Below, in pieces: positions 1 through 10,012 of a DNA stretch of 56,589 nucleotides. Numbering within the stretch: position 1 is the first letter of the stretch; the number at the start of each line of letters is the position of its first letter. Made by a program: the position numbers and the translations under genes. The stretch comes from a phage. The stretch is taken from sequence record PZ445422.1. One strand, written 5' to 3'. Under the pieces are notes generated by a model, which was given only the letters and a program-made list of their open reading frames with translations, had not been told where the DNA came from and did not search any database.

Positions 1-273
1 GTCTTGCCACTCCCCACGAAGTGCAGCAGCAATAAGATCATCGAAGGTGTCGAAGGACATTTCGCCCGTTACTGTACCTTCAACACTGCGAGCACCGAGG
101 CGGAAGTCCGCAGTTTCCGCATCATCGCGCAGTTCTTCAGATTCCAGCGTTGCAATATTAATGTCCAGACCGGAACTGGTTACACGGAACGGAGTAAACT
201 TCGCGCTCGCTGGCGTAGTGTTGCTTACATCTTCTTTGACGTAGTAACACGAATAACGTGAACCTGTAGCCAT
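1..273 (-). CDS. major tail (tube) protein, N-terminal part; ORF runs off the window start
   Basis: ATG at 273 preceded by GAGAGG RBS; open to position 1 (MATGSRYSCYYVKEDV...); follows head-tail genes; in frame with the ORF entering from the window end (55939..56589). Confidence 0.45.
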   Translation of the reverse strand, partial: MATGSRYSCYYVKEDVSNTTPASAKFTPFRVTSSGLDINIATLESEELRDDAETADFRLGARSVEGTVTGEMSFDTFDDLIAAALRGEWQD

Positions 274-287
274 ATTTAGATCCTCTC

Positions 288-737
288 TTACCTCGGCTCA
301 CGAGCCGACCAATAGATTGTGATAAAGTTAACGTCCCAGTTATCTTCAACCCCGCCTTTGGTAAAATCGTTCAGCGAAGTTTGTCCACCTTGCGAAAAGT
401 CTAAACTGACAATCCGTAACGTGTGGTCATCCGGGCACGGGATACGCAAGCCCAGTTTAAACTTTTTCCGAATAGAATCCAAGATTTGATTCTGCTTAGA
501 CGTTCCAGTGTTTAAAGGACTATATACTGTGATTTGGTAGAAGCCTGGAATTTCATTCAGACCGTTATCACCTAGCGTTGCAGCGTAAGTGGAAGCGGGA
601 GCATTGATTGCCTTTAACCACATCTGGTTAGCTTTAGGTGTAAACTTCTTATTCTTCCACGCTATACCAATATCCGGTCCAACTGCTTCGCGTAGCATCT
701 TATTAAATGCATCATTAATGAAATCGTATTCAAGCAT
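288..737 (-). CDS. hypothetical virion protein in head-tail joining region (tail completion/terminator candidate)
   Basis: 149 aa ORF, same strand and tightly packed between capsid genes and major tail gene; function from position only. Confidence 0.45.
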   Translation of the reverse strand: MLEYDFINDAFNKMLREAVGPDIGIAWKNKKFTPKANQMWLKAINAPASTYAATLGDNGLNEIPGFYQITVYSPLNTGTSKQNQILDSIRKKFKLGLRIPCPDDHTLRIVSLDFSQGGQTSLNDFTKGGVEDNWDVNFITIYWSAREPR

Positions 738-1144
738 TATAGTTTTCCTTCTGCTATAGCTTGACGTATCAACATTGGAAGCTTCGCTACGTTAATACGA
801 ACCATACCGTTCGGGGCTTGCTGTGACCAACCTAAGAACTCCAGTTTGCCAGCATATGGTGTCAGGTTGCTAAAATAGAAAGTCCAGTCTTTATCATTAG
901 GTAGTTGGCGTGCAACAACTCGGGCTTCAGCTTTAGCCATCTCTCCAGTAGGATCGAGGCGGATAGTTTCCGTTGCATACGGCGCACCAATGGATGATCG
1001 CCAACCACCTTTTGTGCGTCCGGTCTTAACAGGAGTATCCTGTATCACGTTCTCTGTGAACTTGACAACGACTTTTTTAGCCTGCTCGCTTGTCTGAACA
1101 AGTACCTTCTGACTTGCACGTCGAATATCCGCCCCGAATCCCAT
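737..1144 (-). CDS. hypothetical head-tail joining protein
   Basis: 135 aa ORF, stop/start abutting neighbours (737, 1144) typical of morphogenesis operons. Confidence 0.45.
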   Translation of the reverse strand: MGFGADIRRASQKVLVQTSEQAKKVVVKFTENVIQDTPVKTGRTKGGWRSSIGAPYATETIRLDPTGEMAKAEARVVARQLPNDKDWTFYFSNLTPYAGKLEFLGWSQQAPNGMVRINVAKLPMLIRQAIAEGKL

Positions 1145-1524
1145 TATCGCGTCACCTTAAAAGTGTAAAGAACAGAAACGTTAGCTGGTCGTGTATCAAC
1201 AAACTCATTTATTGTCCACACTTCCAGTTCCCCATCCGGTGACACACGCTCAATGCGTGCAGTCATTGCTTTATCGCGAGTCAATGGAGGTGTCATTGGG
1301 TAAGTCAACACTTTCAGTTCACCAGCAGAAACAAGACTGCCACCAATCATTTTTTCCTTCGGTGAAAGGAAAGCTCCAATGAATGGGTATCGTTTTTCAA
1401 CGCTCGGATCGTCCCATTCATCTTGACCTTCCCCTTGCTCCATAACAACAAGGGTACAGTTAACACCAGCATCGTTGATCATTTGCTTTGCAGCTTCAAC
1501 TAGCTGCTCGTAAGGAAAGCTCAT
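1144..1524 (-). CDS. hypothetical head-tail joining protein
   Basis: 126 aa ORF, start 4 nt from upstream gene end; position between capsid and tail genes. Confidence 0.45.
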   Translation of the reverse strand: MSFPYEQLVEAAKQMINDAGVNCTLVVMEQGEGQDEWDDPSVEKRYPFIGAFLSPKEKMIGGSLVSAGELKVLTYPMTPPLTRDKAMTARIERVSPDGELEVWTINEFVDTRPANVSVLYTFKVTR

Positions 1525-1527
1525 AAA

Positions 1528-2034
1528 TCACCGTATCAATCTATTACCCATTTGATAGCCCAGCAAAGGTGATAAAAACGTCATAGCTTTATCATATGTT
1601 TTTGCTGGACCTGACTGTGCTGTGCTACCAGTTGCATATTCAATCTCAAGACCTTCTACTTTAGTTCTTTTGACTGCATATGCGGTAGTTTTCCCATTAA
1701 GAGGACCGCCAGTAGCTGAGTCCGCTGTAAGCTGGCAAACAGCGTTTATAAGCGCCTTTGGTAAGGGGCTTTGGGGTAGCTCGAACCCATCCACAAACAC
1801 CCCGTAGCGTGGCCAATTTAGCGGTTGCTGTGGGTCAATTTTATAACCTTTAAAGCGTTGGCTGTACCCTTCCACAAAATCCATAGCGTCAAAGATCTTT
1901 GTCTTTAGATCTTCGTCTTCACTTGGAAGTACAATACCTCGCATTGCAGCATACATGCGGACTTGTTCAATGGTGACATAACTGTTGGCGTCCGGTACAC
2001 CAGTACCATCTTCAACTATCAGTGGAATCTCCAT
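1528..2034 (-). CDS. hypothetical head-tail connector/adaptor candidate
   Basis: 168 aa ORF in structural operon; position only. Confidence 0.4.
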   Translation of the reverse strand: MEIPLIVEDGTGVPDANSYVTIEQVRMYAAMRGIVLPSEDEDLKTKIFDAMDFVEGYSQRFKGYKIDPQQPLNWPRYGVFVDGFELPQSPLPKALINAVCQLTADSATGGPLNGKTTAYAVKRTKVEGLEIEYATGSTAQSGPAKTYDKAMTFLSPLLGYQMGNRLIR

Positions 2035-2172
2035 CTTTCTTCCTCATTGCGATGGTTGTAGGGATAAGTGGCGGGAGCTCTTCTTCAGGAACAGAAACGG
2101 CGTCTTCTTGACGCCGTTTTCTATTACGTCGGAGGAGCCACAACACATATTGTCTATGGCTCATTTCCATGG

Positions 2173-2826
2173 TTAACCTCGACGCATCATATTACGTGCA
2201 ACCATACGGGCGACAGGATCGTCAATAGGGTTCTGGAAGCGATGGTCAGAAAGCATGTCTTCCGGTTTACGTTTTTTCTGCGCTTCAAGATACATCTGAG
2301 TTGCAGTGAGACCGGACTTAGGACGACGACGCTCCTGCTCAACGATAATCTTATCCAGATCCGCTTGAACGTCTGCGATAGCGAGCTCCAACGCGTGCTT
2401 AGTGTGGGCAATCTCTTTAACCACATTGCTAAGCTTTTCGCGCTTCGCCTTCAGTTCTTCATTGGTTAAGCTGGAAGCGTCACCGATTTTTTCCGGCTCC
2501 AGAAGAGCACGCAGTGCTTCGCTAATCTTAACTTCGATTTGCATCGTTGCAACCGCGACTTTCTTTTGTTCTTCATGAGCTTTCTCCTGTTTGACAGCTT
2601 CATGTAAAACTGGGTCAGCAGATTTAACAGATTCCACTGGCTCGGGCTCTTCCAGCACGCGGTTATCGCGGGTAAACAGCGGAGCAGCAGTTGTAATATC
2701 GTCGCGGGTTAAAGACGGGTTAGCGGTAGCGAAACGCAGAGCGTCTACTTTAGGTAAGCCATCGCTGGTCCAATGATTCGGGTTTTCCGGATCAAGTTCT
2801 AACAATGCTTCAATTAATGTCTTCAT
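2173..2826 (-). CDS. hypothetical virion protein (charged, coiled-coil rich)
   Basis: 217 aa ORF downstream of capsid gene on same strand; E/K-rich central region. Confidence 0.45.
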   Translation of the reverse strand: MKTLIEALLELDPENPNHWTSDGLPKVDALRFATANPSLTRDDITTAAPLFTRDNRVLEEPEPVESVKSADPVLHEAVKQEKAHEEQKKVAVATMQIEVKISEALRALLEPEKIGDASSLTNEELKAKREKLSNVVKEIAHTKHALELAIADVQADLDKIIVEQERRRPKSGLTATQMYLEAQKKRKPEDMLSDHRFQNPIDDPVARMVARNMMRRG

Positions 2827-2842
2827 TGTTTAATCCTTATTT

Positions 2843-3166
2843 TTAGGTCACATTAATAACACATGTACCAGTAACACTATCCTTTGCCTTGGACGTTACT
2901 GTCAAGTTTGAAGTACCGCTGCTTTCGGTTGTGGTCACGGTAATTGTACCGTCCCCGTTGTCTTTAATTGTAGCAGAGGAACCGTCAACTGACGCGCTAT
3001 ACGCTTTGTTTGTAGTTCCGCCTGGGACAAAGTTTATTTTAACAGTAACCGTTTTTACTTCTGAAGTTGTGGTGTCAATCTTAGCAGGATCGAGAGTAAT
3101 CGAAATTGGCTCCACCTGCAACGATTTTTCCATCAAGTCATGTCGCTCATAACGTTGATAACGCAT
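2843..3166 (-). CDS. Ig-like domain protein (possible head decoration)
   Basis: 107 aa, Thr/Val-rich beta-strand pattern (TVTVKINFVPGG...TITVTTTESSGTSNLTVTSKAKDSVTGTCVINVT) resembling bacterial Ig-like folds; immediately after capsid gene. Confidence 0.4.
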   Translation of the reverse strand: MRYQRYERHDLMEKSLQVEPISITLDPAKIDTTTSEVKTVTVKINFVPGGTTNKAYSASVDGSSATIKDNGDGTITVTTTESSGTSNLTVTSKAKDSVTGTCVINVT

Positions 3167-3236
3167 GGTTGTTCTCCTAAAAAAGAGGGGACATAAGATG
3201 TCCCCAAAATACTACAGCGCGGCGTTGAGTGAAGCC

Positions 3237-4298
3237 TTAGGAACCCTGATACTCACGAGTGATCAGGCGTGCAACTTTAAGCTGCTTGCGCTCAGGGAAC
3301 GCACGACGCCAGGAATCTTCATGAGCCAGGTTGTTAGTGGTAGCAGCGTTAGACGGACCACCTTTAGCAGTTTGAGCAGCAGCCCAAGCATGGCCAACCG
3401 GATGCAGAATCCATTCAACACGGTTGTGAAGAACTTCTTCACCAGCGCCTTGGTTAGCGGCTTCGTCACGCACCACAGCGGTCGGAACTTTCGGTGATCC
3501 AGCACCCATTGCAGTTGCGCCCGGGCCGAACAGCCAGCTTTCAAACACACCAGTAGACGGATCGTGTGGCATGGAGTCGTCTTCAATAATACGCAGACCC
3601 TGATAATACTCAAACTGAGTTTCACCGCGAGCATCTGGAATGAAGTCGATCAGGTTCAACTGACGCATACGGTTACGAACGGTAGAGTGTACCATAATCA
3701 TAGTCAGACCGCGGGCAGCATCACCCATCGTTGCAGTTGCGTTGATGAAGTTAGACGCGGTAAAGTTGGTCTGGTTATTTACAAAAGAAGAACCAGAGAT
3801 GTCGAAAGTCAAATCGTCACCATGTGATTTCTTCGCATTAGCAAATACACCTTTCCAGGTTGCGATGTATGCAGCTTGCAGACGGCGAACCCACCACGCA
3901 GACACGCGGTTACCGATAGCGGTCATTGGGTCGTTACCAATCAAAGCTGATACCAGATCCGCAGAACCCCAGGATTTTGAACGACTCATACGAACCTGAA
4001 CTTCAGATCCGGTAGTGATGTTAGACGGTTTGGACGGATCGCCTTTATCAACCGCGATATCTTCGTCTTCATCTTTCAGGTCGTTATAGAACGGCTCGTT
4101 AAAAGTCAGACCTGCACCAGCAAGGTTAGCAGATAAACGCTCGTCCATTACGACCGCACCGGATTGAATCAGAGCAGAAAGTTCAGCGGTCTGCGTCTGC
4201 ACATAACCAGTGAAGATCTCAGGGACAATGACATCCTTCAAACGAGTCAGGTCAGTTTCACCACGACCAAATGGCAGAATAATTTTAGATTTAGACAT
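3237..4298 (-). CDS. major capsid protein
   Basis: 353 aa ORF directly downstream of scaffold and portal genes; size and order typical of major capsid; no catalytic motifs. Confidence 0.65.
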   Translation of the reverse strand: MSKSKIILPFGRGETDLTRLKDVIVPEIFTGYVQTQTAELSALIQSGAVVMDERLSANLAGAGLTFNEPFYNDLKDEDEDIAVDKGDPSKPSNITTGSEVQVRMSRSKSWGSADLVSALIGNDPMTAIGNRVSAWWVRRLQAAYIATWKGVFANAKKSHGDDLTFDISGSSFVNNQTNFTASNFINATATMGDAARGLTMIMVHSTVRNRMRQLNLIDFIPDARGETQFEYYQGLRIIEDDSMPHDPSTGVFESWLFGPGATAMGAGSPKVPTAVVRDEAANQGAGEEVLHNRVEWILHPVGHAWAAAQTAKGGPSNAATTNNLAHEDSWRRAFPERKQLKVARLITREYQGS

Positions 4299-4340
4299 AC
4301 TTGTCTCCAGGAAAAGGATTGATTTGTTTACTGTTGGTAG

Positions 4341-4400
4341 CCTTTCCCCGTGGAAGGCTGTTTAGGAACCCGTGTCCCTGATGTGTTGAAACTTAACATC
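4341..4400 (-). promoter_or_regulatory. two stable RNA hairpins between scaffold and capsid genes
   Basis: inverted repeats agccttcc/ggaaggct (4341..4361) and tccctgatgt/acatcaggga (4370..4400) in the 120 nt gap between two co-oriented genes. Confidence 0.3.
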
Positions 4401-4420
4401 AGGGACGTCGGGATGTCAAC

Positions 4421-5293
4421 TTATTTCTTAGCAGGACGTACAGGCTTCAGCGGATCTACGCCATTCTTTTCAGCTAAGCGTTTAGCTAAAGATTGATTAG
4501 TTTTCCAGAGATTCATCTGCTTAGAGATGTTCCAACCGTCGTGACTGTATGGGTCTTCACCGTGATGGCCGCCAGCGCCCGGACCAGATGCACCGCCACC
4601 AGCAGAACCTTCAACCCAGTGAGGACGTTTCGGGAGGATCTCGTTAAGCCAATCCGCCGGGGTTAGGTATGGAGTTACACCAGCCCCATCTTTCGTAACC
4701 ACATTACCGTTCTCGTCGACGGTCATTTGCAACTGTGCATAAGTCACCGCATCTTCGATAGCAGACGGACGCAGCTTAGCACCGGATGCAGCAGCAATAA
4801 CTGCGTCTTTAATCTTCGCTTTAGTTTCGCGAGTGCGGTAGCCTTCAATTTCCTGCTTAACGGAATCGCGTTCAGCTGCTACAGTTTGCAATTGACGCTC
4901 AAGCGGAGCAAGACGGGCTTTAACCATCTTTTCGATGTCTTCCGGAGTACCTTTACCGTTAGCGGCAGCTTCCAGTTGAGGGATACGATCAAGGTCCGCA
5001 AGGACTTCTTCAACCGGACGCCCAAGTGCGCTAATCTGTTGCTTCACCTGGCGATGGTCGTTACGTTCTTTAGCTAACGCACTTTCCAGACGACGAACGC
5101 TATCAGCAGGGGCTACACCTTTAACTTTTGCAAGAACGTATTTACCGCCCTGCTCTGCGTAAAGAGTTGCAAACTCTGCCGGGATCTCTTCCGCAGATGC
5201 ATATTCGTATTCCAGTTCCACATCACCTTCACCGCGAGCGCGTGGATTAATTAAAGCCATACCAACACTAATAGCTACAGAACTCTTTTTCAT
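4421..5293 (-). CDS. scaffolding protein candidate
   Basis: 290 aa, highly charged and helical (AKERNDHRQVKQQISALGR..., LERQLQTVAAERDSVKQEIEGYR), located between portal and capsid. Confidence 0.5.
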   Translation of the reverse strand: MKKSSVAISVGMALINPRARGEGDVELEYEYASAEEIPAEFATLYAEQGGKYVLAKVKGVAPADSVRRLESALAKERNDHRQVKQQISALGRPVEEVLADLDRIPQLEAAANGKGTPEDIEKMVKARLAPLERQLQTVAAERDSVKQEIEGYRTRETKAKIKDAVIAAASGAKLRPSAIEDAVTYAQLQMTVDENGNVVTKDGAGVTPYLTPADWLNEILPKRPHWVEGSAGGGASGPGAGGHHGEDPYSHDGWNISKQMNLWKTNQSLAKRLAEKNGVDPLKPVRPAKK

Positions 5294-5388
5294 TTCTTAT
5301 CTCCGTTGTCACCCGTGTGACGTTTTTGGAGCTGAGCCGTCCCAGCCCCGTGTTCGTTAATATAAACCGATCAACTTGGAAGTTGCAA

Positions 5389-6885
5389 CTATTCTTTATC
5401 GGAAGCGTTGTCTTCCTTAGGATCTTTGCTCACTTGCTGCTCTGCGTTTAAATCAGCTTTAGCATCATCAGGCAGAGGCCACTTCTTAAGCTCTTCTTCA
5501 AGAATTGCCATTTCTTCTTCAAAGCTTAGTGTGGTTAAGCCCTGATCAACAAGCCAGCCATGAATAGACTGCAAGCTAATCGGAGCCTTAAGGTTGCGTG
5601 CAGTAATAATTTGAACAAAGTCCTGACCGTTAAACATGCTCTTGGTAAATTCAAGATTAGGCTTAACCACAACTTTCTCGGGATCAGCGCCCATCCACTT
5701 AGCGCAAACCTTCAGCAAGTTTTCCAGACCAGCCGCACCAGTATATGCAATTCGAATCAGACTAGCTGTACGCGCAGCAATACGCGTTTTCATGGCTTCG
5801 CCCGATTCCTGCGTACTCTTGGTATTGTTTACCATTTGCCCGGCTTTAATTTGGGCTTCCTGCTTATCCGCTGCCAGTGCGAGACGTTGCTCGGACAAAC
5901 CGTCACCGCTAACACCTACATATTTAGCGTCACCACCAATAGCAACGTTAATGACAGCGCCAGGGCCGATGCGTTGAGGGGCTTTATCCCCATTCTCCCC
6001 AGTACCACCAACAACGACTAAAGTGTCCTGACCCTGCATATGCAAGCTTTGGCGGTAATCCGCGTCACTTCGGTACATGCTTAGACAAATGTTAGCAAGA
6101 CCCAACAATGGCGGCGCTTCCGGTGCTGGGGTAATATCTGTTGTATTGACAAACTGGAAAGGTATTTCATCCAGCGTATTACCTTTATAATAAGGAGCAA
6201 TCATTTGCCCTTCATCATAATTGGTATTGTTAATAAACAGATGTTGGGAGTAGACAGCTCCACCTGCAACTTCATCTGTGTCCATTGGACCTAATTGTAG
6301 TACACGATAACGCTTCTCTTCTTTCCAGTCAAACTGATTGACACGTACAGGGCCGCTTTCATCCAGAACAACCATGTTCAAGTTGATATTGCCCAATTCA
6401 TCTTTACCATCATCCCAGTTGATAATGGATAAAGCGTCATAAACGCTAATATAAGGTCTGTTATTTACATCCTCACCTTTAGGCAAGTCCAGCAGCAGCC
6501 CCAAACGCCCATTTTTTAACTGCATTTCATTGATGCGACGTAGCAGAGCAATAATGTCTTCACCGTCCGCAGTACACAGCTCCCGCATGTATTCCATTTC
6601 AGGTGGAAGCTGGATTGTAGGAGGCTTCTGGTGCAGCAGGCCTAAATTGTTTGTAACCGCACTTGAATAATCGTCAGGGAAGTTAGCACGCAGACGATAA
6701 GCGAGCCAACGTTGAAAGCCCAAATCATTAGGATTATTCATCCCATCAATAATCATGGAAGCTAAAGGTGGTAGATATTTAACACCTTCTTCCTTAATTT
6801 TATCTTCACCCTCATAGCAGTCGTTGCACTTAACCCATGCGTCCTTCCACTTGTTATATAGCGGGTGAGTTGCGTCAATACCCAT
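5389..6885 (-). CDS. portal protein
   Basis: 498 aa ORF immediately downstream of large terminase; size and position typical of portal. Confidence 0.65.
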   Translation of the reverse strand: MGIDATHPLYNKWKDAWVKCNDCYEGEDKIKEEGVKYLPPLASMIIDGMNNPNDLGFQRWLAYRLRANFPDDYSSAVTNNLGLLHQKPPTIQLPPEMEYMRELCTADGEDIIALLRRINEMQLKNGRLGLLLDLPKGEDVNNRPYISVYDALSIINWDDGKDELGNINLNMVVLDESGPVRVNQFDWKEEKRYRVLQLGPMDTDEVAGGAVYSQHLFINNTNYDEGQMIAPYYKGNTLDEIPFQFVNTTDITPAPEAPPLLGLANICLSMYRSDADYRQSLHMQGQDTLVVVGGTGENGDKAPQRIGPGAVINVAIGGDAKYVGVSGDGLSEQRLALAADKQEAQIKAGQMVNNTKSTQESGEAMKTRIAARTASLIRIAYTGAAGLENLLKVCAKWMGADPEKVVVKPNLEFTKSMFNGQDFVQIITARNLKAPISLQSIHGWLVDQGLTTLSFEEEMAILEEELKKWPLPDDAKADLNAEQQVSKDPKEDNASDKE

Positions 6886-6896
6886 ATACCCTCCAG

Positions 6897-8456
6897 TTAA
6901 ATACCGATAGTTTTGCCAACACCTGTATAAACAGCTTGATCCAGAACCATATAACGAACTTCATCACCCATATGGTCTTCACATTCCGTATCAACGTCGT
7001 CCTGATCTACTTCATCGCGAGGTAGACTTGGAACCAGCTCAAAGAAATAGTTGCAGTTATCAAAAATGTACATTGCTGGATTCTCGCGCGGACCGGGCAA
7101 AGGTTTACCGTTCGCATCTTCCCGCAGTGCAGCTTTAAGAAACTCACGCATTTTCTGCCAGCCCCGTTTACGTGACCCAGCAGACTTATCACTGCGCTTC
7201 CAATGTATACCGTTGTATAACTTCCCGTTAAGACGAATTTTCTTCGCCATTGTTGCAGCGGTGGAGTTATTGTTCTCCAGATCCCAAATGGAGTTATCCG
7301 CAGGACCAGGAACTACACGATCGTGTATACCCCAGGCCAATTCCCGCTCCAGTATACCGCTTGCAATTTCTGAGTCCAGCAAATGTAGACCTTCGTTTGT
7401 TTTACCGTTGGTCCCATACCATTCGTTAATCCTAAACAGGTCACCGCGGACCGTGGAGAATGTAGTGCCATCTTCACGCACAACATCCGAACCATCACTA
7501 ATAGCCCACCAACCGACAGAGAACGGTTTTGAAGAACCCCAGTCGAAAGAACGTGTAATCTTCCAACTCGCTGGAATCGGGAATGGTCGTACTTTGTGAA
7601 CAGTGCTACGCCACAGGTCATCGAACATACCACCGGATGTAATATCCCAGCTCCCGCCCAACCATGCAGCACGCTTGTTCGGGTCTGTGATAGACATAAG
7701 TTCTGCAATATATTTTGGACTTAGGTTTTTGTTTTCACGGTACGAACCAAAGATATGGCATTGCGTCGTAACCACATCTTCGTCTTTCTGCGTCCTCGGG
7801 TTAAACACTCGCGTAGTCTTCCTGAGTATTTTACCCATCGGTGCAGCGTCAATGAAGCGTTTCTTAACCCAGTTATGCCCCGCACCAAACGGGTTACTGG
7901 TAGCAAACACTTCAAGAGGGATATCCGGTAAATATGTGACCGTACCATCTGGATTGATAATTGGGTTATCTTCTGGTAAGAAAGATGAACGGTTACAGGA
8001 CATCATAGCTTCAAACAAACGCCCGTCCGGATATTTTGTTAATTCGTTCCATCCGATAAATGGGTATTCGTGACCGTGATAAGACCAGTAATCCTTTTCT
8101 TTACAAGCAACGCGGAACAATAGCTCTTCACCTGTAGGCCAAACCCATTTATAATCAGACTTAGAGCTAAGGAATTTAGCCCCGTCTTTAAATTCAGGAA
8201 ACCAGCGCTGGGATTTAGTTACAAGGTCATCAAGGTTTTTATATTCACGGTCGAATATAATGCCCTTCCAAAACTTACCGTACCCTACACCAACATTCTT
8301 ACGGAAACGCATAAGCTGGCAGTCCGTTTTTCCAGGACCGCGAGTTCCGTGGTATAGGATAATATCAGCGGGGCAGGATAGAGCGAGTGTCTGTGAACCT
8401 GGATGAGGTTTCCAGACGACTCGCAGCATGTTATCAGGTTGTCGGTTTAGCTCCAT
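6897..8456 (-). CDS. terminase large subunit
   Basis: 519 aa; Walker A-like GTRGPGKT near N-terminus and C-terminal nuclease-region pattern FATSNPFGAGHNWV; overlaps small terminase end. Confidence 0.8.
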   Translation of the reverse strand: MELNRQPDNMLRVVWKPHPGSQTLALSCPADIILYHGTRGPGKTDCQLMRFRKNVGVGYGKFWKGIIFDREYKNLDDLVTKSQRWFPEFKDGAKFLSSKSDYKWVWPTGEELLFRVACKEKDYWSYHGHEYPFIGWNELTKYPDGRLFEAMMSCNRSSFLPEDNPIINPDGTVTYLPDIPLEVFATSNPFGAGHNWVKKRFIDAAPMGKILRKTTRVFNPRTQKDEDVVTTQCHIFGSYRENKNLSPKYIAELMSITDPNKRAAWLGGSWDITSGGMFDDLWRSTVHKVRPFPIPASWKITRSFDWGSSKPFSVGWWAISDGSDVVREDGTTFSTVRGDLFRINEWYGTNGKTNEGLHLLDSEIASGILERELAWGIHDRVVPGPADNSIWDLENNNSTAATMAKKIRLNGKLYNGIHWKRSDKSAGSRKRGWQKMREFLKAALREDANGKPLPGPRENPAMYIFDNCNYFFELVPSLPRDEVDQDDVDTECEDHMGDEVRYMVLDQAVYTGVGKTIGI

Positions 8457-8991
8457 CTTCAGTCTCTTTAACTAGTCGTTGTTGAGACTCGGATGCAGTT
8501 TTTTCCCATTCGTCAATATTTGCTACAGCAGGGACTATCATTACGCCGCCTCTGTTAGTAACATCAATCTTAGCCTTCTTGGGAGCATCCAAATCATAAA
8601 TTTGTGCAAGCTTGCCCAATGCGGCGACTCTAGCAGCTTGAGAAGATCCCGGTCCTGTATAATGAGCTTCACGTTTTAATGCTTCAATGATATGCTGACG
8701 CTCAAGGTCTGCTTCAATGTTAGCTTGCTCAGAAGTACGTTGAACACGGGATCTTTCAATCTCCTTGAGCTTCCATCGAACATAACAGTCCGTGGCAAAG
8801 CGTTGGCCAAGCTCCTGTGCAAACATAGCATTGAACCCGCATCTCATGCAAGCGTTAGTCCAATTGTAGTCGAACATGTACTCAGCAACAACTTTGTCAC
8901 GTATTGCCATCTCTTCAGCGGACAAGCTATTTGCATACTGGATGTAATTCGTCCAGTCACGATCATATTGCTCTTGACTTGCCCCGTTCAT
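8434..8991 (-). CDS. terminase small subunit candidate
   Basis: 185 aa ORF overlapping the start of the large terminase by 23 nt; position-based. Confidence 0.5.
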   Translation of the reverse strand: MNGASQEQYDRDWTNYIQYANSLSAEEMAIRDKVVAEYMFDYNWTNACMRCGFNAMFAQELGQRFATDCYVRWKLKEIERSRVQRTSEQANIEADLERQHIIEALKREAHYTGPGSSQAARVAALGKLAQIYDLDAPKKAKIDVTNRGGVMIVPAVANIDEWEKTASESQQRLVKETEDGAKPTT

Positions 8992-9011
8992 GGAAGCCCC
9001 CTTTCTTATTG

Positions 9012-9317
9012 CTATTTAGGCTGAATATAATTGCTTGATCCTACAAAATCAAGCGAAACATTTTCAGCTTCATAGCGTATGATTTCCTTAACCCTCAGTT
9101 TACATTCAGTCAGAGCTGTTTCTGTATCCTGCAAACGTTGGATAATGTCCCTTGTATAAACCAAAGGATATTTATCAACTTCCCGACATTCTACCAACAG
9201 ATGGGCCGGAAGTTTTATCTTCACTATCTGCGGCGGTGGTGGAGGTTGTATCTCCGTCGAGCAGCCTGCGCAAATCATCAGGAACACGCTCATTAAGATA
9301 AGCTTTGACGTCGGCAT
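9012..9317 (-). CDS. Rz1: o-spanin (Rz1-like outer membrane lipoprotein); true start may be internal
   Basis: hydrophobic leader with lipobox LMICAGC followed by PPPPPQ proline run; ORF begins inside the i-spanin gene in another frame. Confidence 0.55.
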   Translation of the reverse strand: MPTSKLILMSVFLMICAGCSTEIQPPPPPQIVKIKLPAHLLVECREVDKYPLVYTRDIIQRLQDTETALTECKLRVKEIIRYEAENVSLDFVGSSNYIQPK

Positions 9318-9651
9318 TGCTTTTCTCCAGTGCTTTTAATTTGTCCTGAAGCAACCTGTGGTTATGTTGCTCACTTTCAATTGCTGAAGCCAATTTTCGA
9401 TAGGATTCAGTATCCTTCTCCCGTTGGGATGCAAGAAATACAACAGCTTCGCCCAGCTTTGCATTGTCCCGTTCTACAACGGTTAGTCTTTGCTCAGCAT
9501 GATTTAAATTAGTTTTGCTGAGCTCGTTCTGTGACCACAAGTATGCAGCCACCCCGCATAAAAACACAACCGCGCCGATCATCAAATACTCGATAAACAG
9601 ACGCGGTTTAGTTTTTATAAAACTGAAGAAGTTATTTAGAATCGTTTTCAT
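9175..9651 (-). CDS. Rz: i-spanin (Rz-like)
   Basis: 158 aa; N-terminal TM segment (LMIGAVVFLCGVAAYLW) then long charged helical region; overlaps Rz1-like ORF and follows holin. Confidence 0.55.
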   Translation of the reverse strand: MKTILNNFFSFIKTKPRLFIEYLMIGAVVFLCGVAAYLWSQNELSKTNLNHAEQRLTVVERDNAKLGEAVVFLASQREKDTESYRKLASAIESEQHNHRLLQDKLKALEKSNADVKAYLNERVPDDLRRLLDGDTTSTTAADSEDKTSGPSVGRMSGS

Positions 9652-9976
9652 GTTTGCAGTCCCCTGAATCGAGTTTAACCCCTGTCCGTGAAGCTATAAG
9701 CGACGTTAGGGCTTTTAGCGTAGCACGTGAACCTGCCCAAGCAAATAGGCCAGCAAGGCCAAAAGCGAACCAAAGGCTGATGTTAAACTCCCTGTAGATC
9801 GCATACATTATAACGCCAAAGAAAGCGGCGGATAAGCCTTCAAGAAACGCAATACTTGCTCGTACTTTCTTACCAGCGTCTATTGTACGCATGACATAAC
9901 CGAGAGCTCCCCCAATGAGGGAGATAAACGCAAACCCCGCTAGAACTGCCCAATGTTCGTTGGGTGAATTGAACAT
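9632..9976 (-). CDS. holin (three predicted TM segments)
   Basis: 114 aa; three hydrophobic stretches and charged C-terminal tail; sits between endolysin candidate and spanins. Confidence 0.55.
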   Translation of the reverse strand: MFNSPNEHWAVLAGFAFISLIGGALGYVMRTIDAGKKVRASIAFLEGLSAAFFGVIMYAIYREFNISLWFAFGLAGLFAWAGSRATLKALTSLIASRTGVKLDSGDCKHENDSK

Positions 9977-10012
9977 GTTCCCTCCAAATAAAAGGGGCTA
10001 ACGCCCCGTCAG

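Noticed and set aside
7051-8073. Plus-strand ORFs of 182 and 156 aa inside the large terminase gene
   Set aside because: Antisense to a motif-supported gene; no translation signals
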